A stretch of 64,000 nt of DNA. It comes from a virus. Its lineage: Duplodnaviria > Caudoviricetes. The stretch lies in IMG/VR virus record IMGVR_UViG_3300037067_018554, positions 4,060 to 68,059 of that record; one strand, given 5' to 3'. Position 1 is the first letter of the stretch, and the number at the start of each line of letters is the position of its first letter. The translations under genes were made by a program, and so were the position numbers. Positions 26,851-36,147 of the stretch are shown here, piece after piece. The notes beneath the pieces are model-generated. The model did no database searches, was not told the origin of the DNA, and saw nothing but the letters and a program-made list of their open reading frames with translations.

Positions 26851-27366
26851 ATGGACCTAGCAGAACTCACACGAGAATATGGTGAAGTTATCCAGTCACA
26901 AACAGCGCCTGTATATTTGCGCCGGCTCTCCATGAATGAATATGATAAGTTCGTAAAGCTTAATAATAATTCTCCGGATATTTCTAAAGTCACCTATGAC
27001 GCTGAAGAATTTATTCTTCGCTCTGCGATTATCCCTGCTCCTACAGAAGCAGAACTTGATGCTTTATTTGAGTATTCGAATTCATCACAACCCCTCATAG
27101 CAGAAATTACTGCCCTCGCTGGATTTGAAAATATTGAACTGTTTGTGCGGGAACTTAAAACACAACGAGAATCTGTCCGAGGTTTAGTTAAAGAGCAAGT
27201 AGTAGCTTTCATCAGCAAAGCTATGCCAGTATATACTATTAAAGAAATTCAGGACATGAACTATCGGCAACTAGCCTACATGCTTGCATTATCAGAAGAA
27301 ATTCTAGGCATGACATTCCCAGGATTTGGGGATGATACGCCAAAAAAAAATAGTATCCTAGAGTAA
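26851..27366 (+). CDS. Second tail assembly chaperone-like protein
   Basis: ELTREYGE...YLRRLSMNEY resembles the first chaperone; immediately upstream of the tape measure gene. Confidence 0.65.
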   Translation: MDLAELTREYGEVIQSQTAPVYLRRLSMNEYDKFVKLNNNSPDISKVTYDAEEFILRSAIIPAPTEAELDALFEYSNSSQPLIAEITALAGFENIELFVRELKTQRESVRGLVKEQVVAFISKAMPVYTIKEIQDMNYRQLAYMLALSEEILGMTFPGFGDDTPKKNSILE

Positions 27367-27368
27367 AA

Positions 27369-30300
27369 ATGCTTTCCTCAAAAGCCAGTTGGGCCATAGC
27401 TTCCCTAGCCGCAGGTGCTTTTCTAGGGTCTCGAACATCGCGTCGGCCTATTTCAAATGCCGATGTTGATGCTGGTGGTCATGCCACTAGTAAAGGGATA
27501 ATGGCTGGAGTAACAACTGCCGGTGTGATGTCAGCTCTATATAGTGCTACGCATATAGGCCCGCAGAATGCCTATGCTGCTCCACTTATGGGGGTAGCAG
27601 GACTATTGGGTGGCTATATTGTCTCTAGAAATCTATCTAATTATCGGGATGCCAGTACTCTTACCGGGAACACCAAACTTGCAGACATCCCCACATACCT
27701 AAAAGTAGCAGGAGGACTTGGGGCGCTATATTTTGGTGGTCGTGGAGCTATGCCATATACAGCTCGCATTATGGAGCGTTTTGGAAGGATGAGCCAACCC
27801 TTTGGCAAAGCTTTAGACAAAGCAGCCGAAGAGGCAGAGTGGGGTTCACCACTGGCATTAGCTAGTACGCTCACAGGTGGGCTCCGCGACGTAGAAAGCA
27901 AATTTGCTCTAAGCGCTAACAATCTTACTAGGTTCCCAATTAGTAATTCAATTGAAGCTCTTAGCCAGCTCAATTATCATGTAAATATTCCGGGAGATGC
28001 TAGGAAGCGAGTTGCTAACGATATCATAGGCTCTATACAAGCGCAGTATAGTAAGCCCAACATGGAAATAATTAATGGTCTGAGATCGGCTACTCTGCTA
28101 GATTTATCGCGCACTACTAGTCCTATCAGTGACAAACTATATGGGCTAGTCCAGGAAGGTGTCAAGTTAGGAAATATTGGTTTAGGAAAAGGAGTATTCT
28201 ATGACACTCGCTCTAAGAGAATACTTAACCTAAGTCAATATAGTCTAAGCAATATATTCTGGAAATCAGTGCTGAAATTTGAAAAATCCATTAAGCTGCC
28301 ATTCGTAGGTTTTAATCCTATTACCTTCTTTAGACCAACCGAATTCAGCGATATCCGGAAGCAATACAACAAGCTGCATTTCTTCAAACCTAATACACCA
28401 TATGGACCAGCTCCGGCAGATAAACTAGGCATTAAAGGTGGCATCTATTTCGGTGGCAAACTTTATGATGGAGCAACTGGAGACACATTAACTAAAGGCG
28501 GAATGGTAATAAAAACAGGGTCTTGGTTAACAGAAAAAGGACAGCAACCATTCTTTAAAGAAACCACATGGGGTTCTATCCTACGGATGAGATATTCTGC
28601 AGGCATGAACCGCGAAGCCCCCAAAGGCTATGTAAGTGTAGGTAATGCTTTTATTAAACAACCCAAGGGTAAGCTAGAAAAATTCAAGGATTGGTTCGAA
28701 TTAGGCTCTCGATATAACGAACATCCCTCGGTCTGGTCTTCTATATGGACCGCTATAAAAGAAAAAAGAGGACAGAAGGGTTTATGGAAGTCAGTCAAAG
28801 AGGCCTGGGAATCAGCTTTTGACGCTACTAATATACAACAAACCACTAAAAATAAATACCGTCTCAACCAATCCATGAGTGCCTTTGGGTCTAAAAACTT
28901 TAATCCCAAGAAGGGGCGTTCTAGTTTTGCGTTTATGCCGTTTTCTGACACTCCAGGCACTGGGGCATTTTGGATGGCTAACCGGTTCGTGGCTCTTAAT
29001 GAAGCCATCGGACTAGGGGGACTCAACCCACGCACTACTAAATCAGCCTCTGATGTTATATGGAAAATGATATTTAAAAGATACTTGCCAGCCTTCTTGG
29101 CTTTCGAACTATTGAAAGGGACTAATGATGTATCCAATATGCTTATCGGTACAGGACCAAAGGAAATCGCAGCTACTGCTATCGCGGGCGGACTTACTGG
29201 TGCCTCATGGATGCGAGACGCCTTAGGTATTACTGGTATGGCCCAATATTTCGAAGAACTCATGCCTGGCTCAATGACCTCTCCAGCCTCTACATTAGGC
29301 CGATCAATAGGAATGCCATTAGTAGCAGGCGTGAAACTAGGTCCACAGGGTCTGATGGCTGGAGCTGCCGTCTCCGCCTTCTTGGGTGGACCTACTGATA
29401 TTACTAAAACTTTTGAAGAAACTAAAGGAGAATATTTTGGGGACAAGAACGTCCCAATTAGATCTGGTAGATGGTGGGGATTTGGTGGATCTAGTTTCTG
29501 GGGTGGAAGAATTCAAACATTTGTACCCAATTGGTATCAAAGACTTATGTCTAGGTACCAATATGGAGACGTTATGTATGGATCAGAACTAGAATATTGG
29601 ACTAACTATGGAGATCCATACCACTGGGCACAGAAGCACTATCGAGATAGACCATATCCCATAGTAACTTCTCCAGTAGAAGAAGTCCCATTTATTGGTC
29701 CTTCGCTAGCAGGATGGTTCTCAAGACCTCTTGTTATGCATCCTGGAGAATGGGGTGGAGGATCTGGAGCCATGCTAGGCAACGGCCCGAGCAATGGTAT
29801 GGGCCAGGGCATTGGTGGTGGCCCAGGAGGATTAGGAAGTGCTGGTGGAAGCGGAGGAAGTTATGGAGGCGGATTGCCCCTAGGCGGCGGCGGGAATAGT
29901 ATCGAGGAAACTATTTATCCAGGACTAGGAGGCCAATATCCAGAACTAGGAACTCCAGGCAGTCTGCAAAATAGGATTGGTGAACAGTTCTATAGAGGAA
30001 CAGAATATGCTGGTATTTATGGTTTTGCTACCAATACTATATTAAAACAAGTCATTGGGGAAGAAACTCCATTTGTAGGTCCTCGGCTTGAATCTGCTCT
30101 GCGTATCTCTAGTGCAGAAAGAAGTTATTGGGATATTGCCCTGGGTGGTCTAGGAGGCCAAACAGAACTCTTCCGACGGTTCTTACCTCACCGACGTAGA
30201 GAAAATGAACTTATCAATGAGATACCTAATACCATGCCTCCCTGGTTGCCAGGAGCTAATTACTTTAAAAACTTTAGGCAGGGGGATCCATATAGTTCTA

Positions 30301-32234
30301 TCCCATTTGGAGAAATAAGATTACCAGGTAGCGGCTATGAACAATTTCACGGTAGTGAATATGGACCATTAGACAAGTATCGTATCCTGGCAGACGTAGC
30401 ACCCTACAGCTCAGAATTTAAATTTCAGGCCGAGCAGATTATGGCTATGTCAAAAGCCGGCATGCTAACTCCCGAAGAAGAGGAGATGCGCCAAGAAATA
30501 CGCAAACAGGTATCAGCCAAGAAGAAACGCTACGAGTTTGAGGAAAGAAACTTCGGCGCTGACAATACCACTACCGAAACAGTAACAGTTAATAAATACC
30601 TAGGCGAAGGTAGATTTACAGTAGCCAATGAGCCAGGATACTTTAAACTTGCTGGCCTTTCTGCAATAGATGATAAACAAGCAGGCCTAGAATCTATTTT
30701 ATACCAAGGTGCTAGGGTAGAAATCACTAGACTAGAAAATGATGAGACTAAATGGAATTCTGTAGTGCCTACGACGCCTGTTATTATCGAGGGTCTTAAT
30801 AGACAACTCCTGGAGAGTGGTGTAGCTAAGTATAAAAGAACTGGTCCCGGGGCAACCTTTGATGTACTTAATATGCAAGTTAAGTATAATCCTATTGAAC
30901 AAGCAGCTGGAAGTGCGTGGGAAACCTTTTCCCATATGGATACTCCATTTCATACCAAGTTTTTAAATGAAAGAACACCTCTGGAATCTTGGGAGCGCAC
31001 TCAAGTCTATGGTCGAGAATCTGTAAGTTGGAGTAATTTACCACGAGATCTAATTGATCCCTGGGTACAAAAAATGAAGTCTCGGGATATCTTTACAGCC
31101 ACAGCCACCGGGGCTATTGGTGCCGGCATGTTTGGTGGAACTTCCGGCATGCGGATGATGTTAGGTGCAGCAGGCGCTCTAGGCGGAGCGAACCTTTCTG
31201 TCATGGGTGCTGTTCAATCAGACAAAGGCGCCTATGTTCCCAAATACCGAAAGAAGGAATGGGACATAGAACAATATTTTGATGCCCTCGAATATTTAAA
31301 ATATCGAGGGATGTATGAATATGCCAGAGAGCGGGCCATCGAAGAGGAAGGAATAGACCCCGAAAAATTAGTGGGTGGGGTAGAATTTTCTCAAAAGACC
31401 AGAAGAGATATTGCTAGGAAACTTAAAAAAAGATATTCCAAGCTAACTCTACAGTCTTTGGGCAATCCCGATGACCTTAGCATCAAAGATTTAAGAACTG
31501 AAGTTAGAGATCAAATTCAGGCCCTGCAAGGACAAAAATACACTGAAGATGAAGTCATGCGGTTAGCCCAGGGAGGATTTACTGGAGCGGCTATGGCTCT
31601 GAGGCGCAAATGGCAATCCACCATGTATGGTGCGGATCCCAATGGAGACATGGGCAATATCATGCGCGCTCTCCCATCTAAGCAGAGAGACTATTTTACG
31701 GGACTAATGAATGCGCCAGCTAAAGATAGAGAGAAAATCTTATCAATAACGCCGCTTGGAATGCGCCGATTCTTGGAGGCCAAGTGGGGCATGGATGTAG
31801 AGGAAAACCCAGATCTTGAGGATTATTTCTCTGACAAGGCTCTGCCAAGACAAAACTGGGTAGGCTGGCACCCAGCTGTTAATCTTGATGATGTTAAACT
31901 AAAAACAGTCAAGCAAGAAGCGCTTGATATGCATGATTTTAATCTATGGGAATCCGATGAACGTAAGCTTAAATATAAGCCCTATGTTCCATATATTAAC
32001 CCATTTGATACAAGTGCAAACCGAGGTAGCCCGGCTACTGTTATCCGCAACCTGTTAGCTGGACAGGGATATTCAAGATATTCTGTAGAAGCAATGGATG
32101 CCGCCGTGTTATCCTATAAAGGAGATCCTGGATTAAGCATCTCCTTCGAAGTTAAACATGAAACAGAACCCGAGGCTACTGAATATGTTCGAGCCCATCT
32201 TCCAGAAATGATACGTAATGGCTACATCAGATAA
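27369..32234 (+). CDS. Tape measure protein (1621 aa) with hydrophobic helices, Gly-rich linker and degenerate SNase-like domain
   Basis: Long Ala/Gly-rich ORF after the chaperones; several TM-like segments; SNase-like pattern at aa 1070-1155. Confidence 0.75.
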   Translation: MLSSKASWAIASLAAGAFLGSRTSRRPISNADVDAGGHATSKGIMAGVTTAGVMSALYSATHIGPQNAYAAPLMGVAGLLGGYIVSRNLSNYRDASTLTGNTKLADIPTYLKVAGGLGALYFGGRGAMPYTARIMERFGRMSQPFGKALDKAAEEAEWGSPLALASTLTGGLRDVESKFALSANNLTRFPISNSIEALSQLNYHVNIPGDARKRVANDIIGSIQAQYSKPNMEIINGLRSATLLDLSRTTSPISDKLYGLVQEGVKLGNIGLGKGVFYDTRSKRILNLSQYSLSNIFWKSVLKFEKSIKLPFVGFNPITFFRPTEFSDIRKQYNKLHFFKPNTPYGPAPADKLGIKGGIYFGGKLYDGATGDTLTKGGMVIKTGSWLTEKGQQPFFKETTWGSILRMRYSAGMNREAPKGYVSVGNAFIKQPKGKLEKFKDWFELGSRYNEHPSVWSSIWTAIKEKRGQKGLWKSVKEAWESAFDATNIQQTTKNKYRLNQSMSAFGSKNFNPKKGRSSFAFMPFSDTPGTGAFWMANRFVALNEAIGLGGLNPRTTKSASDVIWKMIFKRYLPAFLAFELLKGTNDVSNMLIGTGPKEIAATAIAGGLTGASWMRDALGITGMAQYFEELMPGSMTSPASTLGRSIGMPLVAGVKLGPQGLMAGAAVSAFLGGPTDITKTFEETKGEYFGDKNVPIRSGRWWGFGGSSFWGGRIQTFVPNWYQRLMSRYQYGDVMYGSELEYWTNYGDPYHWAQKHYRDRPYPIVTSPVEEVPFIGPSLAGWFSRPLVMHPGEWGGGSGAMLGNGPSNGMGQGIGGGPGGLGSAGGSGGSYGGGLPLGGGGNSIEETIYPGLGGQYPELGTPGSLQNRIGEQFYRGTEYAGIYGFATNTILKQVIGEETPFVGPRLESALRISSAERSYWDIALGGLGGQTELFRRFLPHRRRENELINEIPNTMPPWLPGANYFKNFRQGDPYSSIPFGEIRLPGSGYEQFHGSEYGPLDKYRILADVAPYSSEFKFQAEQIMAMSKAGMLTPEEEEMRQEIRKQVSAKKKRYEFEERNFGADNTTTETVTVNKYLGEGRFTVANEPGYFKLAGLSAIDDKQAGLESILYQGARVEITRLENDETKWNSVVPTTPVIIEGLNRQLLESGVAKYKRTGPGATFDVLNMQVKYNPIEQAAGSAWETFSHMDTPFHTKFLNERTPLESWERTQVYGRESVSWSNLPRDLIDPWVQKMKSRDIFTATATGAIGAGMFGGTSGMRMMLGAAGALGGANLSVMGAVQSDKGAYVPKYRKKEWDIEQYFDALEYLKYRGMYEYARERAIEEEGIDPEKLVGGVEFSQKTRRDIARKLKKRYSKLTLQSLGNPDDLSIKDLRTEVRDQIQALQGQKYTEDEVMRLAQGGFTGAAMALRRKWQSTMYGADPNGDMGNIMRALPSKQRDYFTGLMNAPAKDREKILSITPLGMRRFLEAKWGMDVEENPDLEDYFSDKALPRQNWVGWHPAVNLDDVKLKTVKQEALDMHDFNLWESDERKLKYKPYVPYINPFDTSANRGSPATVIRNLLAGQGYSRYSVEAMDAAVLSYKGDPGLSISFEVKHETEPEATEYVRAHLPEMIRNGYIR

Positions 32235-35200
32235 CTTTATTCCCAAGGGACTATCCAGTAAGGCTACTAGCCTCCTAAAACTTGGAGGCTATCAGTATTC
32301 TGTTGCTTCCGGGGCTTGGATCCGTCCTGCTGATAACTTCCGAGGATATGAAGGCGAAAAGTTATTCCTGCCTAGCCACCAGCCTAATAGTATCTTCGAG
32401 ATGGGCCGCATCTCTAGATCTGGGCATGGACTATTATACAAAAACCGGGAGATGAATCTCACCCAATACGCATCTGCCAAAATGAGCGAAATTGCCAAGC
32501 TTAGTAGTCTATCTAAAACAGAAAAACTACAAAGGCTTGATACTTTTGCTAAGGAGTTTACTGCCGAGTTGCGCTCTATGCCACCTGCTAGTGTAACTGG
32601 ATTTGGTGGTAGTGAAGCTAATGCTAGTTCCTTTAAAGACCCAGTCTTGGCCAGATTATTGCGTGATCCCTCGGCCCCTGAAACCAAAGTATCTGCCCGC
32701 CTACATGAGCTAGCTAACAAAGGCTATTATTTCCTTCCCGGCAAGGTAGAAAAAGGTATTATTAGCCGGATGTCTCCATCTGCATTGATGCCGGGCATGG
32801 GAGGCATACATGCTCTCAACAAATACACTACTCTCACCAATGTGCTACCTGTATATGGCACTACCAGATCTGTAACTCCCTTTGCAGTTACTAGGGAAAC
32901 CATAACGGCAGCCAATCGTGCTTATCACCCAGCCTATAGAACACTTCATACGGGTCTTTCTCTCCGTGCATTATTTGTAGACCCGGCCTCTGCTCACACT
33001 GTTGGAACTGGAGCCATCTTCAGGGCTAGTGCTTTACGAGGTCACGGGGCTATTAGGCCCATGGAAATTACCTTTAGTAAAAAATTACTTGGAGATATTC
33101 TAGGAAAAGAAGAGGCTACAGATCTTCTTGGTAAACTGAAGCGTGCCCCTGCTGGCCTACAAGGAGTCACCGTAAGCCGAGGCATTCTTCGTACTCTACA
33201 AAAAGCTCGTTCAGATCAAGATGAACTTAGATCGCTGCTGGGTACAGTAGAACCCAATCAGGTAGATCGCTTAATGAGCGCTCATGGCATTAAATTGGGT
33301 CGCGGAGAACATAAACTCTTTGGTCTAAAAAAGATGAAAGGTGGCCAATATACATTCTTTGGTGGAGAGGTTCAACCCATTGCTCTAAGCACCAAGATGG
33401 TCATCGCAGGCCAAAAAACCTCTGTGGTGGGAGCCTGGCACGATACTCCATTTGATGAACTAGCAGCCAAGGCATACCCACATCTTAGTCCAGAACAAAT
33501 TGCTGGTGTTGATGTTATTATGTCACATGCTGGAACCTCAAAACTAGATCAAAGAGAAACAGCCAATCTTTTCTTTAGTAAAGCACAAGACTATATTGAG
33601 GGCGCACAACATCCACTGGAAAGAACTCGTCGCACTAGTGAAGTTCTTAATATCATTAACGCTGATATTAAAAGGGGTCCATTAGCTACAGTAGGAGCTA
33701 GTGGTGTTCTCGAACTTCCTGGCTCATGGAAAGCTATTCCCAGTAACATTAAGGCTATTGAAGCTAAACTCCAATCAGCTGGGATATTTGAAGATGCTCT
33801 TGAAGCTTTACGAGCACCTAATATTAGCAAGCTGCCTGATGCCATCCGTCGCGTACATGCCCAACCACTACTTTCTGGGCTAACATCGACATTCCGGTCT
33901 ACAGGTCGTACTCTAAAGGTGGGAATTGATGATGTGGCTGCTGCAATGGCAGCCAAACGTCCTCGCCTAGCCAGCGAATTTGCTAAATCTATAGCACAAC
34001 AACCTGCCGCTCAACAACTCATGGAGGGGACAAGAGTTCTATATGGGTCCTTGCCTAAGACCCTAAAAGTTCTCGATACTACCACTATTAAGGCCATGGC
34101 TAATATTACTAGAGTAAGGGGAGGCGGGCTGGGGAATATTACAACTGCCCTACCTCTTAATCCGGAAACAAGCGCTGGTTATGTTCTTAATCTGCCTAGG
34201 CCAGTTTCTGTTACTACGGGTCAAGGAAGAATAGTCAATATGACTAATGCAGTATTTGAGATGGGCGAAGCTACAGGTTTGGCATGGCAAGAACCCGGAA
34301 TGTCTATTAGAGCAACGCCCTATCACAAAAGCTGGATAAAATTAGCTAAAGCCATAGTAGGCAATGACTCCAGAGTCTCGCTCGAACAAGCAGCTCAAGA
34401 ATACTGGACTGCTAGAGAAAATCTGCTCGGAAAAGATAGGCTTTTTACTCGCAAAGCCTTTAAAGCGCAGATGACAGGTATACGTGGTGCGGCATCTTTT
34501 CTATCTCCAGAAGAAGAACAAATTCTCAATAGAGTATATAACAAGGGTAAACCCTCTGCAACAGGATGGTTGGCACTTACGCGGAACAAGGCAGAGTATC
34601 TTCTTGCCAATGATTTACAGGGACTTACAGACCCAACAGAACGTCTTGCTAAGCTTCGCTCTCTTATGAGTGAGGGCGTATATACCTATGCAGGTAGACC
34701 TCCTCAATATCCTAGTGGATATGCGCCCGTACGATTGGCACTCTTAGAAGAGTTAGGCCAATTCAATGATTATGCCACCAAAAATAACCGTAAAGCCTCC
34801 GAAAATATCATGCGTATGTCTGGGATAGTAGAGGGGTATAGTCCTATACCGGGCAAAAAAATAGCTGCAGATGCCGATATAGATATTGTAGTAGCCCATC
34901 GCTTAAGCGAGGCAACACGAGCTGAGGCTAAGCGCGAGCATTATCGTCTATACCGCACATCTCAATTTGGAGACATTGTTGGTACCTCTCTAACTGCCTC
35001 CGAAAGAGCAATGCAACTAGAAGCCGCTGGGTCTGCACTAAATGCCGAACTTATTGGTGAGGCCTCCATTGCTAAAGGTAAAGTAACGGGTCCTCTACAT
35101 AACTTAGCTTTACAAATGCAGGACTATGGTCGCAGATATGTAGAACAACGCAAACAGTGGAAAACAATGGGAATACTAAATCCCAAATCTACTAAACACT

Positions 35201-36135
35201 GGACCCCAGAGTATGTTGAAAGCCTGGCATATATGGCAGGCCGAGGCGCAGAAACTGGCTTTGACTACAAAAAGATTAAACAGGAAGAAGCACTAAAAAA
35301 AGCTGTTCGTATTAGACCAGCTACTTTGCTTAGAAAATCAAATCTTACCCCTCAAGAAACTACACAGCTCATAGACTTCTTTGGCCTTACTGGTACCAAG
35401 CATGCTTATCGAACAATACGCGATATGCGTATGTTAGCACATGATGTTGTTAACTCAGGTAGGGCTGGGCAAAACTATGTAGAAATGATGCAAAAGGCAA
35501 ACTCAGCCTTTGAAAAACCAGCTATGGAAACTGCTCAGAAGCTAGCGTTTATGCGGGGTGTACGAAGCAAAGGTGCTCCAGTAACGCCCATGCAACTCCT
35601 AGCTAAGCATGGTCTATTCCCTGAGGCTGGAGATGTCTTGGGACAAATGAATGCCGCCACTGCTAGTGGTGAAGGTGGTATAAAAGGCATCAAAGAAGTT
35701 AAGGGAATGATTGGGGAAGGCCTCAATAAATTTATTGGTGAATTAAAAGCTGGGCGGGGTTGGGGCACAGTAGCTCTTGGAGCCATTGGAGTGGCCGGCT
35801 TAGTGGCCTCTTTTAGAAAGCCCGGGGTAATGATTGCCCGGCCAGATCAAAACCCTGTAGACCAGCGAGCCTACTATAACGAAGGTGATAGAGCTGAAAT
35901 TATTCCACAACGTTATTCAACCAATGTACGCACAATGACAAACCAGCAACATAACGTTAGAATAAGAGTAAGGGATTCTCAAAAACGCGATCGTGGGCAC
36001 TATATCAATATGGCAGAAAGTTTTGCTTCTAATACTGGACTTCCTACCTCTAGCCGTGTTACCTTTTCCGATAATTCAGCAACAACAGACTATGGTCGTA
36101 TATTCCAAAATGAAGCCAGCATGCAACTTGCATAA
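32218..36135 (+). CDS. Single-chain two-barrel (beta/beta'-like) DNA-dependent RNA polymerase, probably virion-associated, with C-terminal hydrophobic helix
   Basis: In order: KMVIAGQK-DTPFDE-VDVIMS (beta DPBB-like), GKDRLF, AGRPP, ADADIDIVVAH, KGKVTGPL (bridge helix-like), AETGFDYKK (trigger-like). Confidence 0.8.
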   Translation: MATSDNFIPKGLSSKATSLLKLGGYQYSVASGAWIRPADNFRGYEGEKLFLPSHQPNSIFEMGRISRSGHGLLYKNREMNLTQYASAKMSEIAKLSSLSKTEKLQRLDTFAKEFTAELRSMPPASVTGFGGSEANASSFKDPVLARLLRDPSAPETKVSARLHELANKGYYFLPGKVEKGIISRMSPSALMPGMGGIHALNKYTTLTNVLPVYGTTRSVTPFAVTRETITAANRAYHPAYRTLHTGLSLRALFVDPASAHTVGTGAIFRASALRGHGAIRPMEITFSKKLLGDILGKEEATDLLGKLKRAPAGLQGVTVSRGILRTLQKARSDQDELRSLLGTVEPNQVDRLMSAHGIKLGRGEHKLFGLKKMKGGQYTFFGGEVQPIALSTKMVIAGQKTSVVGAWHDTPFDELAAKAYPHLSPEQIAGVDVIMSHAGTSKLDQRETANLFFSKAQDYIEGAQHPLERTRRTSEVLNIINADIKRGPLATVGASGVLELPGSWKAIPSNIKAIEAKLQSAGIFEDALEALRAPNISKLPDAIRRVHAQPLLSGLTSTFRSTGRTLKVGIDDVAAAMAAKRPRLASEFAKSIAQQPAAQQLMEGTRVLYGSLPKTLKVLDTTTIKAMANITRVRGGGLGNITTALPLNPETSAGYVLNLPRPVSVTTGQGRIVNMTNAVFEMGEATGLAWQEPGMSIRATPYHKSWIKLAKAIVGNDSRVSLEQAAQEYWTARENLLGKDRLFTRKAFKAQMTGIRGAASFLSPEEEQILNRVYNKGKPSATGWLALTRNKAEYLLANDLQGLTDPTERLAKLRSLMSEGVYTYAGRPPQYPSGYAPVRLALLEELGQFNDYATKNNRKASENIMRMSGIVEGYSPIPGKKIAADADIDIVVAHRLSEATRAEAKREHYRLYRTSQFGDIVGTSLTASERAMQLEAAGSALNAELIGEASIAKGKVTGPLHNLALQMQDYGRRYVEQRKQWKTMGILNPKSTKHWTPEYVESLAYMAGRGAETGFDYKKIKQEEALKKAVRIRPATLLRKSNLTPQETTQLIDFFGLTGTKHAYRTIRDMRMLAHDVVNSGRAGQNYVEMMQKANSAFEKPAMETAQKLAFMRGVRSKGAPVTPMQLLAKHGLFPEAGDVLGQMNAATASGEGGIKGIKEVKGMIGEGLNKFIGELKAGRGWGTVALGAIGVAGLVASFRKPGVMIARPDQNPVDQRAYYNEGDRAEIIPQRYSTNVRTMTNQQHNVRIRVRDSQKRDRGHYINMAESFASNTGLPTSSRVTFSDNSATTDYGRIFQNEASMQLA

Positions 36136-36147
36136 GGCAAAATAATC

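Noticed and set aside
27342-27368. A9 run as a -1 frameshift fusing chaperone 2 to the tape measure protein
   Set aside because: The -1 frame is the TMP frame but meets TAG at 27351-27353 immediately, so no fusion is possible without readthrough.
32212-32234. Programmed +1 frameshift making a TMP-RNAP fusion
   Set aside because: No slippery or hungry-codon site was recognised in the short window where the shift would have to occur.
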